Source: Gemmatimonadales bacterium (GTDB taxonomy: Bacteria; Gemmatimonadota; Gemmatimonadetes; Gemmatimonadales; GWC2-71-9). From it: a stretch of 42,830 bases of DNA. The notes beneath the pieces are model-generated. The model made no database searches. It saw only the letters and a program-made list of their open reading frames with translations, and had not been told where the DNA came from. The stretch is taken from assembly GCA_037189525.1 (NCBI GenBank), contig JBBCJC010000014.1:1-42830 (forward strand), in the 5' to 3' direction. Positions 22,550 through 31,384 of this stretch are shown here, piece after piece; the first letter of the stretch is position 1; each line of letters starts with the position of its first letter. The translations under genes and the position numbers were made by a program.

Positions 22550-24828
22550 TGGCTGAGCTTGACGCAGACGCGCTCTGCAACATCGTCGCCGCGCTCGTCA
22601 AAGACGCGGAGAGCTACCGCGATGAGCGTTCTGCCGAGCGCATCAAGGCCATGGCTTTCTTCGACGGAGACGCGAAGGATTTGCAAAAATACATCCCGGC
22701 GGATGAAAACCGTTCGCAGGTTGTCAGCCGTGACGTTCGGTCTGCCGTCAAGAAGGTGCTCCCGTCGATCTATCGGACTATTCTCGGCAACGATCAGATT
22801 GTCGAGTATCAGCCCGTCGCACAGGGTGACGACGCGATGGCCGAGCAGGCGACCGATTACGTCAATCTCGTCGCGCTCCCGGAATGCGATGGCAGGCAGG
22901 CCATAGAGGATGCGATCAACGATGCAGTTCGCCTGCGCAATGGCATTCTGAAATGGTGGCAGGAGACCACCGTAGATGTGAAGGTCAGCCTGCACACCGG
23001 GCTTGATGAAGATGCATTCTCGCAGCTTGTCGCAGATGACGACGTTGAGGTGATGGAGCATTCCGAGCGCGAGGAAATCGTTGAGGTGCCGGGCGAGGAT
23101 GGCACCCCGACGTCTGCGGCGATCCCAACGCATGACGTGAAGATCAGACGGCGGGTGATGACATCCCGCCCGTGCATTGTCGCGGTCGCCCCGGAGAAAT
23201 TCCTGATCCACCCCGACGCCGTGCGCCTCGCGGATAGCCCGATCCTTGGCGAGAGCGAGCGCTTGCGGCGTTCCGATCTGGTGAAGATGGGTTATCCGAA
23301 AGACGTCATATGGGGGGTGCCGGCGAGTTCTGCCGGCCCGAGCGAGCAAGAGGCCGAGGAAGACACGCGCCGCCGCGACGTAGAGCAGAACGACGATGCT
23401 CCGCAGAAGGCGCTCGATGAGGTCGACTACTACGACCTTCTCGTTCGGGTGGACAAGGACGGTGATGGGATAGCCGAAATGCGCCGCATGGTGTTCGCAG
23501 GCGGGGTCAAGGCTCAGTACCTCCTCGAAGACACGGAATGGGATGAGATCAACTACGCTGACATCGTGAGCGAGCGCCGGCCCCATCAATGGGAAGGCAA
23601 TTCGATCCCTGATGACGTGATGGAAATCGAGAAGGTCAAGACCGTCCTGCTGCGACAGACGCTCGACAACATCTACTGGCAGAACAACCTCCAGCCGGTC
23701 GTGCAGGAGGGCCAGATCGTCAATCCGGAGGCGGTCACAAACCCGAAGTTTGGGCTGCCTATCAGGGTTTCGCAGGGGGTGAATGTCCGTGAGGCCGTGC
23801 AGTGGAACATCGTTCCGCTCGTGGCCGACAAGTCCTTCGCGATGCTGTCGTATCTTGACGAGGAGATGACGGACCGCACCGGCATTTCCGACGCGTCGAG
23901 CGGGCTTGCCCCCGACGCACTCCAGAACATGACCGCGAAGGCCTCGGCCATGGTCGAGCAAGCTGGCATCGGCCAGACGGAAATGATGGTCCGCTGCATC
24001 GCAGACAGCCTCAAGCCCGTCTTCCGGGGGCTGCTTAGGCTGATCGTGCAGCATCAGGACAAGCCGCGCACAATCCGGCTCCGGGATAAGTGGATCACTC
24101 TCGATCCGCGCTCGTGGAATGCCGACATGGACGCAGTAGTCAATGTCGGGCTAGGCGCTGGCACGCGCGAGCGCGACATGATGGCCATGATGCAGGTCAT
24201 TGGCCTACAGGAGCGCATCCTGGGATCCATGGGGCCGAGCGTCGGCATGCAGTATGTGTCGCCCGATAACGTCTACAACGCTATCGCAAAACTGACGGAG
24301 GCAGCGGGACTCAAGAGCGTGAACCTCTACTTCACCAAGCCCGACCCGCAGGCCATTCAGCAGGCAATGCAGGCTCAGTCTCAGGAGCCCAAACCCGAGG
24401 AAATCAAGGCCAAGGCAGCTATGGAGCTTGAGCAGGTTCGCAGCCAGACGAAGATGCAGGTCATACAGGCGCAGCTACAGGCCAAGATGGCCGAATCCCG
24501 CGCGAAGATGGAAGCCGACTCCAGCAAGGAACGCGCGCAGATGGACGCTGACCTTGCGACGAAGCTTCAGGAGATCGAGGCTGAGGCGGTCGCCCGCATG
24601 GAGGAAGCCATGCTTCGCGCAGAGACCGACCGCGAGAAGGGCGCTGTTGATCTGGAGCGCGAGGCGATGAAGCAGGATACGGAATTCGCGTGGATGGATG
24701 TCCAGGAGCGCATCTCCGACAAGCGGTTGGTTGCGGACGTACAGAAGGCGCACGCGGCGGCCATCGGCAAGTCGCTTGACCGGGCGCAGCAGCCTGACGG
24801 AAACCGTCAGGGCAGGAGCGGGCGATGA
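22549..24828 (+). CDS. Portal protein (podovirus type, long C-terminal coiled coil)
   Basis: 759 aa following terL; Q/E/A-rich helical C-terminus like the P22 portal barrel. Confidence 0.9.
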   Translation: MAELDADALCNIVAALVKDAESYRDERSAERIKAMAFFDGDAKDLQKYIPADENRSQVVSRDVRSAVKKVLPSIYRTILGNDQIVEYQPVAQGDDAMAEQATDYVNLVALPECDGRQAIEDAINDAVRLRNGILKWWQETTVDVKVSLHTGLDEDAFSQLVADDDVEVMEHSEREEIVEVPGEDGTPTSAAIPTHDVKIRRRVMTSRPCIVAVAPEKFLIHPDAVRLADSPILGESERLRRSDLVKMGYPKDVIWGVPASSAGPSEQEAEEDTRRRDVEQNDDAPQKALDEVDYYDLLVRVDKDGDGIAEMRRMVFAGGVKAQYLLEDTEWDEINYADIVSERRPHQWEGNSIPDDVMEIEKVKTVLLRQTLDNIYWQNNLQPVVQEGQIVNPEAVTNPKFGLPIRVSQGVNVREAVQWNIVPLVADKSFAMLSYLDEEMTDRTGISDASSGLAPDALQNMTAKASAMVEQAGIGQTEMMVRCIADSLKPVFRGLLRLIVQHQDKPRTIRLRDKWITLDPRSWNADMDAVVNVGLGAGTRERDMMAMMQVIGLQERILGSMGPSVGMQYVSPDNVYNAIAKLTEAAGLKSVNLYFTKPDPQAIQQAMQAQSQEPKPEEIKAKAAMELEQVRSQTKMQVIQAQLQAKMAESRAKMEADSSKERAQMDADLATKLQEIEAEAVARMEEAMLRAETDREKGAVDLEREAMKQDTEFAWMDVQERISDKRLVADVQKAHAAAIGKSLDRAQQPDGNRQGRSGR

Positions 24829-25073
24829 AATCTGACATTACTGATATGTTGATACAGAAGGCTCAGGAATGGGCAGGCGTCCCGCTGGAAGATGAAGAAT
24901 CCACGCGCAATCGGATGATTGCCGCTGGAGACCAGGCGCGCGCGCTTGCGATTCTCGATGTCGAAGTAGAGCGTGCATCTTTCAAGTATCGTGGTCCGTC
25001 TGTGGTGTCAGTCGATGGACGAACTTATGCCGGCTTCGGCTACAGTCAGATTCGAGAGTTCGAACGCCGATGA
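24825..25073 (+). CDS. Hypothetical protein
   Basis: ATGA-coupled at both ends. Confidence 0.65.
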   Translation: MKSDITDMLIQKAQEWAGVPLEDEESTRNRMIAAGDQARALAILDVEVERASFKYRGPSVVSVDGRTYAGFGYSQIREFERR

Positions 25074-25309
25074 CTGACGATGACCGTCGCCGCGCCGCAC
25101 AGACCATCCTCGAAGTCCCGTTCTTCCGCCAGCTTTGGGATGACCTTGAGCAGGCGGCAATCAATGCGACGATCTACGCAAAGTATGACGATCACGAAGG
25201 CAGGCAGGCGCACGCCGCTGAAGCCCGCGCGATCCGACGAGTTCGTGAGCGACTGGTAGACCTATCCAAGGAAGTCGACGCCAGCGTTTCGCGACGAGCG
25301 CCAGCATAA
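25070..25309 (+). CDS. Small head-associated hypothetical protein
   Basis: Helical 79-aa protein between portal and scaffold. Confidence 0.7.
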   Translation: MTDDDRRRAAQTILEVPFFRQLWDDLEQAAINATIYAKYDDHEGRQAHAAEARAIRRVRERLVDLSKEVDASVSRRAPA

Positions 25310-25339
25310 GGCCGGCGACAACACTCCACCGGAGATGAC

Positions 25340-26320
25340 ATGACAGAAGCAGCCACGACCCCGGCCTCGGCCGGGAGTGATAGCGTTCGCCCCTCGCTCA
25401 GCATCGAAGACGCTGCCGAGATCGAAATCTATGATCCTGCCGATGAGCAGGAGACCGTAGATGCCGGTCATCCGCAGCATTCGGAGAACGAGACGGATGA
25501 GGCCACAGACGGCCAAGAGACCGACGAAGTTGAAGCCTCCGCAGATGGCGATGACGTTGCCGAAGGCGAGGGACAGGGAGAGGAGAACTCGACCCCTGAA
25601 CCCGCAGACACGGCGACAATCACCATTGATGGCCGCACGCTCACCATCGGTGAGTTGAAGAAAGGCTATCACCGCGAGGCGGATTACACGCGCCACAAGC
25701 AGGTTGTTGCTACCAAGGAGCAGCGGCTTGAGGCAATGTCAGCCCGCGTCACGAACACTGTGACCGCCGTCGCTGATTTCCTTGTGAAACAGATCCCGGC
25801 AGCCCCGGACCCTTCGCTCGCGATGACTGACCCCGGACGTTTCGTGCAGATGAAAGCTGTCCACGAAGCGGCCGTGGCCCAGGTCAACGCACTCCTGTCT
25901 CAGGCAGGAGAGGTCAACGCCGTTTCGGGCGAGCTTACCGCACAGCAGCGGGCAGAACTCCTACAGGAGGAAAACGCCAAGCTGGCGGAGGCTTTCCCCT
26001 CGACCGCGACCGATGAAGGCCGGAAGAAGTTCTTTGACGACGCCACTTCGGCCGCCATTGAGCTTGGCTACGCGCCAGACGAGATCGCCGGTGTTTCCGA
26101 TCATCGCATGTTCAGGCTGGCTCACTACGCCATGCTTGGGCTCCGCGCTGAACAGGCAAAGGCAAAGGCCAGAGAGAAGGTGGCATCCGTGCCGCCTGTG
26201 GCCCCTCAGAAGCGCCAGCAGGGCGCGAGTGCATCTCTCGCTGCGAAGAACAGGGAAGCGATGAAACGGCTGGCTCGTTCCGGGTCGATAGCCGACGCAA
26301 TGGCAATCGACTTCGATTGA
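25340..26320 (+). CDS. Capsid scaffolding protein
   Basis: Acidic disordered N-terminus, ELKKGY.READYTRHKQ motif; precedes the MCP. Confidence 0.85.
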   Translation: MTEAATTPASAGSDSVRPSLSIEDAAEIEIYDPADEQETVDAGHPQHSENETDEATDGQETDEVEASADGDDVAEGEGQGEENSTPEPADTATITIDGRTLTIGELKKGYHREADYTRHKQVVATKEQRLEAMSARVTNTVTAVADFLVKQIPAAPDPSLAMTDPGRFVQMKAVHEAAVAQVNALLSQAGEVNAVSGELTAQQRAELLQEENAKLAEAFPSTATDEGRKKFFDDATSAAIELGYAPDEIAGVSDHRMFRLAHYAMLGLRAEQAKAKAREKVASVPPVAPQKRQQGASASLAAKNREAMKRLARSGSIADAMAIDFD

Positions 26321-26346
26321 CCAACCTTCATTCATAGGAGGCCAAG

Positions 26347-27333
26347 ATGGCCGCTCTTGCAAATACCCAGCTGACCACGATGTCGGTCGGCAACCGCGAA
26401 GAACTCTCAAACGTGGTGGACCGCATCACGCCGGAGGATACGCCGATCTATGCCCTAGTCACCAAGGAGTCGGCGAAGTCGGTTCACCCGGAATGGGAGG
26501 TCGAAGAACTTTCCCCTCCCGGACAGAACCGCCACACTGAGGGCGACGAATACACGTTCGACGCGATCAACCCGCCTGACCGCTACGGCAACTACACGCA
26601 GATCATGCGCAAGTCGTTCCTGATCTCCAACACGCAGGAGACCGTGGACGAAGCCGGCCCGGTGCAGAAGACCAAGCACCAGAAGCTGGTTAAGGGCATC
26701 GAAATCCGCAAGGATGTTGAGTTCGGAATCCTGGCGCCTCAGCCGTCCATCGCCGGGGCAAACCGCCAGTTCGGCGGCCTGCCGACTTGGTACGAGACGA
26801 ACGTGTCTCGCGGTGCCGGCGGCGCGAACGGCGGCTTCGACGTGAACACCGGCCTGACGGTCGCCCCGACCGATGGCACGCAGCGCGCGTTCACGAAGAC
26901 CTTACTCGATGACGTGATGGAGCAGGGGTACAATGCCGGCGCGAACTTCTCGATCGCGTCGGTGTCGCCCTACGTCAAAAGCGTGTTCGTTACGTTCATG
27001 TCGGACAGCAACGTCGCCAACTTCCGCTATGCGGTCAACAATGGCAACGAGAACAGCATCATCTCCAATGCGGACTGGTACGAAGGTCCGTTCGGTAAGG
27101 TGCTGATCAAACCAAACCGGGTGCAGGCGGCGTCCGCCACGCTGGCGCGCAATGCACACTTCATCGACAAGTCCAAGCTGTCGTTCAAATGGCTGCGCCG
27201 GATCGCGGAAGACAAGGACGTTGCCAAGACCGGCGACGGCAAAAAGACCGTCATCATTGGTGAAGGCACGCTCGCGCCGAAGAACGAGGCTGGCCTTGGC
27301 GTCGCCGCCGACCTGATCGGCCTGCGCCCGTAA
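26347..27333 (+). CDS. Major capsid protein (DUF5309/SU10-like)
   Basis: GNREELS..V.RITPEDTP, NYTQIMRK, EGTL..KNE; strong SD and a downstream terminator. Confidence 0.9.
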   Translation: MAALANTQLTTMSVGNREELSNVVDRITPEDTPIYALVTKESAKSVHPEWEVEELSPPGQNRHTEGDEYTFDAINPPDRYGNYTQIMRKSFLISNTQETVDEAGPVQKTKHQKLVKGIEIRKDVEFGILAPQPSIAGANRQFGGLPTWYETNVSRGAGGANGGFDVNTGLTVAPTDGTQRAFTKTLLDDVMEQGYNAGANFSIASVSPYVKSVFVTFMSDSNVANFRYAVNNGNENSIISNADWYEGPFGKVLIKPNRVQAASATLARNAHFIDKSKLSFKWLRRIAEDKDVAKTGDGKKTVIIGEGTLAPKNEAGLGVAADLIGLRP

Positions 27334-27360
27334 GCCAACCCAGGCATCGAACATCAATAG

Positions 27361-27387
27361 GGCCTCGCATCCGTGCGAGGCCTTTTT
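27361..27387 (+). terminator. Intrinsic terminator after the MCP
   Basis: GGCCTCGCA-TCCG-TGCGAGGCC followed by TTTTT. Confidence 0.85.
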
Positions 27388-27401
27388 CATGGGGATATCA
27401 G

Positions 27402-27761
27402 ATGGACGACCTGAAAAAGCAGGCTGAAGAACTCGGCATCAAGGTTGACGGCCGCTGGTCTGAGGAGCGGCTGCGCGAGGAAATCGACAAGGCGCTTGCT
27501 GGTCCGGCAGACAGTGACGGCGGCACCCACGGCTCCAGCATGAACAATCCGCAGCCTTTCGGCGGCAAGGGCGACCATGACGGAGACGGCAAGGCAGGTG
27601 GCTCCGTCACGGCCCCCGAACGCCTCATCCCCGTGAGCATCGTTCGCGATATCTGGGATGGCGACGGCAACCGCCACCGCAAGGGCAAGATTATCGGTGT
27701 CGATGTGGATTCGGCTCTCAGCGGCGTCGAATCCGGCGCGATAAAGCGCGTCAAGGAATGA
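27402..27761 (+). CDS. Hypothetical protein with HeH/Rho-N-like N-terminus
   Basis: DLKKQAEELGIKVDGRWSEERLREEI; DHDGDGKAGGS motif. Confidence 0.75.
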   Translation: MDDLKKQAEELGIKVDGRWSEERLREEIDKALAGPADSDGGTHGSSMNNPQPFGGKGDHDGDGKAGGSVTAPERLIPVSIVRDIWDGDGNRHRKGKIIGVDVDSALSGVESGAIKRVKE

Positions 27762-28111
27762 TGTACGCCGGAGCAGTTGGCCGAAAGATCATGGACGGCG
27801 ACTGGATGCTGTTCAGCTACGATCCAGCGACCGGCCGCACCGTATGGGTTATGGAGGAAGGTGACAAGACGCACGTCCGCACGGACTATCCTGTCGCTTC
27901 TCTCATCGACACGAACGCGCAGCAGCGGAACATGGCTGAGAAGTCATGGAAGGGCGAATGGCACCATATCGCCAGCGTGCCTCTGAACCTCCTGCATGAC
28001 GAGAATGCCGGTCTTCTGGAAGCCGTCACGCAGGGCGACGACAAGTACCTGTCGAACTGGCTGAACAACGCCGACAACCGGGCTTGGCGCACCAAGGATG
28101 GCACCGTATGA
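27758..28111 (+). CDS. Hypothetical virion-module protein
   Basis: HIASVPL...WLNNADNRAWRT; start may be 27791. Confidence 0.75.
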   Translation: MMYAGAVGRKIMDGDWMLFSYDPATGRTVWVMEEGDKTHVRTDYPVASLIDTNAQQRNMAEKSWKGEWHHIASVPLNLLHDENAGLLEAVTQGDDKYLSNWLNNADNRAWRTKDGTV

Positions 28112-28710
28112 GCGCGATCAGCGATTACGCCTCCCTGCTTGTCGATGCCGGTGAGTACGCTGGGCGCAACGACATTGCTCACATGCTCCCGCGCTTCGTC
28201 GGCTTGGCTGAAGCCAAGTTCAATCGCGCGCTCCGCGTCTCAAACATGGAGACGGTTGTCACACTGACGCCCGTGGATGGCGAGTTGACATTGCCCGCTG
28301 ATTATCTCGAAGCGCGAGAGGTCAGAACACAATGCGGGCGGCAGTTGCATGCCCGCTCGATACAGGCGCTTTCCAGCCGGTACGGCGACTGTGGCGGGGT
28401 GCCGGTCGGTTATGCGGTTGTCGGCAATGCGATGCTGATCCGTCCGAAATCCGATCAGGACATCACGATCCTCTACTATGCGAAAATCCCGCCTCTGACT
28501 GCCACTAACCCGACAAACTGGCTGCTTGAACGCGCGCCCGACGCTTACCTTTACGGTCTGGTTGAGGAAATCGCCATCTGGGAACGCGACGTTGAAAAGT
28601 CGATGGCGGCGGGTGGGCTGAGGACCAGAGCTACCGCCGGGCTCATGTTGGAAGATGAGCGCGCTCGTTGGGGCAATTCGATGGTGACGATTGGGGGGCT
28701 GACGCCATGA
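28108..28710 (+). CDS. Head-tail adaptor protein
   Basis: FVGLAEAKFNRALR, LPADYLE, TNWLL..APDAYLYG. Confidence 0.8.
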   Translation: MSAISDYASLLVDAGEYAGRNDIAHMLPRFVGLAEAKFNRALRVSNMETVVTLTPVDGELTLPADYLEAREVRTQCGRQLHARSIQALSSRYGDCGGVPVGYAVVGNAMLIRPKSDQDITILYYAKIPPLTATNPTNWLLERAPDAYLYGLVEEIAIWERDVEKSMAAGGLRTRATAGLMLEDERARWGNSMVTIGGLTP

Positions 28711-29309
28711 CGCTCCTGTCGGTTATCAATGAAGTCTGCGATGTCGTCTCCCTCGACAGATTTGACACGGTGGTCGGCTCGGTAGACCCGGCCGCGCAAA
28801 CGATGGTCGAGCTTGCGCAGGAGGCTGGCGACGAGATTGCGCGCCGCGTGGATTGGCAGCGCATGCTCAAGCAGCATATCGCCTCTGGCAGCCCGGAAGC
28901 ACTGCCCGACGATTTCCAGCGGCTCATACCAGGCGGAGCGATCCGAACCGCCACGGGCGATTTCTTCAGGCCGGTCGCGAACGGGTCTCAATGGGCGGTG
29001 ATCGTGGCCGTCCCGTCCGTCCAGCCATATTTTTTCATCCGGGCCAACGCGGTCGAGTTCTCCCCCGCTAGCGCTGCGGTGGGCGCGTTTGTCGATTACG
29101 TCTCGAAAAACTGGATCATTGGTGATCCTTACGAAGAAAAGGACAAGCTCACCGCGAACGACGACGTGGCGATTTTCCCCGAGCGCCTGCTTGTAAAAGG
29201 CATCTTGTGGCGCTGGAGGCGGCAAAAAGGGGTGCCTTACGACGACAACCTAGCCGAGTTTGAAGCCGATCTCGTGCAGGAGATCAAGGCCGATCGGGGC
29301 GTGTCGTGA
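28707..29309 (+). CDS. Second adaptor-like protein
   Basis: MTLLSVINEVCD, LPDDFQR, GILWRWRRQKG. Confidence 0.7.
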   Translation: MTLLSVINEVCDVVSLDRFDTVVGSVDPAAQTMVELAQEAGDEIARRVDWQRMLKQHIASGSPEALPDDFQRLIPGGAIRTATGDFFRPVANGSQWAVIVAVPSVQPYFFIRANAVEFSPASAAVGAFVDYVSKNWIIGDPYEEKDKLTANDDVAIFPERLLVKGILWRWRRQKGVPYDDNLAEFEADLVQEIKADRGVS

Positions 29310-30919
29310 TCAGCGTACGCCCGGGCAGGGTAGGCAGGACGAACCGTGGCGACGTCCAGATCGGTGCGCAGACAGTCTCGCAGCCCATTACATATCCTGC
29401 CCCCGTTGGAGGGCTTGTCACGGCTACGGACATCGCATCAGCGTCCAGGGGCTCTGCTTCTGTACTGCGGAATTTCCTTCCGACCCTGACGGGTGCGCGG
29501 GTCCGTGGCGGCTCGGTTCAGAATGGCCTCGTTGCTGGCGCGGCGGACATCATCAGCGCATTCAAATACAAGTACGGCACGACTGAAAAGCTGTTCGTTG
29601 CAACAGCGGCCGGCATCTTCGACATGACGTCGCCAGCAGCCCCACCAACGACCACAGCGGCAGATGTGAGTGGGCTCGGCGGTGGTGACTGGTGCGTCTT
29701 CCAGCACACCAACGCCGGGAACGGCTACCTCGTTTGTGTGAATGGGGCGGACACGAGGCGGTTGTTCAACGGCGCATCGTGGACGACGACGCCGGCAATC
29801 ACCTTTTCAGACAGCACGACATCGGCGCAGCTAAACTGCGGCTGGCTATTCAAGAACCGCGAGTTCTTCATCAAAAACGCCACGCTCGATGCCTACTACC
29901 TCGACGTCAATGCCATCGGCGGCGCGGCCTCGGTGTTTCCCCTCGGCGGGGTGATGAAGCTTGGCGGAAGCCTCCTTACCGGGTTCTCGTGGTCGCTGGA
30001 AAGCGGTGACGGCCTTTCGGACATGTGCGTGTTCGTGTCGACTGAGGGCGAGGTGGCTATCTACGCCGGCTCTGACCCTTCGGATGCGAACGACTTTGCC
30101 CTGAGGGGTATCTACCGGATCGGGAAGCCACTTGGGAAGAACGCATGGATACGCGCGGGCGGCGATGTGCTGGTGGCAACTATAGACGGGCTGATCCCGA
30201 TGTCTCAGGTGCTCCAGCGGGACCGAGAGTCGCTTAGCTTGGTATCTGTATCGCGGCCGATTGAAGACCTGTGGCAGGCGGCGGCGAAGGCGACGCAATA
30301 CGGGTGGACGCTCAAGCAGTGGCCGGAACAGAACCTCGTTTTTGTGTCGTTCCCGAGCAATATCGTCGTGGAAGATACGACCTTCGTCCTCAACGTGCAG
30401 ACGGGGCGGTGGTCAACCCTGAGTAACTGGCGAGCCAGCTGCTTCGAGACACTGCAAGGCAGCCTGTTTTTCGGATCGATAGGTGGGTACTGCTGGCAGG
30501 GGGATGTCACCGGCGAGGACGACGGTCTGCCCTTCACCGCCGCCTATCTCTCACAGTTTCTCCCTCCACAGCAATTCGGGCAACGCGCCACGGCGAGCCT
30601 TGCCCAAATGTACATCCACGCCGCCGCGAAGCCCAATGTAAGGCTTTTCGCGCGGGCGGATGGGAACAAGACGGAGCCGGTTTTGCCGGCTGTCACGACC
30701 TATGGCGAGAATATTGGCGTCTGGGACGTTGGCCAGTGGGACGTGGGTCAGTGGGACGTGGGGCTGGACGTCAACAGGTACAGTTTCCGGCAGAACGTCA
30801 GAGCCTCGGGCGACAGTCTGGCGCTCGGCTGCATGATCGTCTCGGCAGGCGGGACCAGACTTGCTGTCGAAATCGATCTTGGCACGCTTCAGGTCACGAC
30901 CGGGGAAGCCAGCGCGTGA
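29306..30919 (+). CDS. Tail nozzle / tubular (beta-propeller-type) protein, putative
   Basis: 537 aa, beta-rich, follows the adaptors; C-terminal WDVGQ repeats. Confidence 0.7.
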   Translation: MISVRPGRVGRTNRGDVQIGAQTVSQPITYPAPVGGLVTATDIASASRGSASVLRNFLPTLTGARVRGGSVQNGLVAGAADIISAFKYKYGTTEKLFVATAAGIFDMTSPAAPPTTTAADVSGLGGGDWCVFQHTNAGNGYLVCVNGADTRRLFNGASWTTTPAITFSDSTTSAQLNCGWLFKNREFFIKNATLDAYYLDVNAIGGAASVFPLGGVMKLGGSLLTGFSWSLESGDGLSDMCVFVSTEGEVAIYAGSDPSDANDFALRGIYRIGKPLGKNAWIRAGGDVLVATIDGLIPMSQVLQRDRESLSLVSVSRPIEDLWQAAAKATQYGWTLKQWPEQNLVFVSFPSNIVVEDTTFVLNVQTGRWSTLSNWRASCFETLQGSLFFGSIGGYCWQGDVTGEDDGLPFTAAYLSQFLPPQQFGQRATASLAQMYIHAAAKPNVRLFARADGNKTEPVLPAVTTYGENIGVWDVGQWDVGQWDVGLDVNRYSFRQNVRASGDSLALGCMIVSAGGTRLAVEIDLGTLQVTTGEASA

Positions 30920-31377
30920 ACGTGGTATGGGGCGGGGCTGACAACCCTGAAATCAACGATGCTCTTGGCGGTTGGTGCGTGGCGCATATCGGCTTGCCGC
31001 GCGGGGTCGAGCCTCCCTACACGACGATGGGCGTTTTCGATGATGATCGGCTGATCGCTGTCATGCTCTACAATAACTGGTCTCCCGAGGCCGGCGTCAT
31101 CGAAATCCACGGCGCAGCGATCGACAGGCGATGGCTCAATCGCCGGACTCTGTGGGAGATGTTCTCATACCCGTTCGTGCAGCTTGGGGCGCAGATCGTC
31201 GTGATGCGTGTATCCGAGCGAAACGTCATGTGGAACGGTCGGGGCATCCCTCGGTTCCTGAAGGCTTACGGCTTCACCAACGTGCTCATCCCGCGCCTTC
31301 GTGGCCGGGACGAAGGTGAGATCATCTACACGTTAACGGATGACGACTGGAAGTCTAACGGCTTCCATCGAAGGTAG
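30916..31377 (+). CDS. GNAT-like virion assembly protein
   Basis: YNNW.PEAGVIEIH...RWL......MFSYPF.QLG; GTGA-coupled. Confidence 0.75.
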   Translation: MNVVWGGADNPEINDALGGWCVAHIGLPRGVEPPYTTMGVFDDDRLIAVMLYNNWSPEAGVIEIHGAAIDRRWLNRRTLWEMFSYPFVQLGAQIVVMRVSERNVMWNGRGIPRFLKAYGFTNVLIPRLRGRDEGEIIYTLTDDDWKSNGFHRR

Positions 31378-31384
31378 GTGTATT

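Noticed and set aside
22468..24054. Long antisense ORFs (528 aa opposite the portal; also 31703-32782 and 17713-18657)
   Set aside because: Shadow frames of GC-rich genes, with no motifs or initiation signals.
30721..30771. TGGGACGT-based 15-bp repeats as a DNA element
   Set aside because: They encode WDVGQ peptide repeats within the nozzle-like gene.
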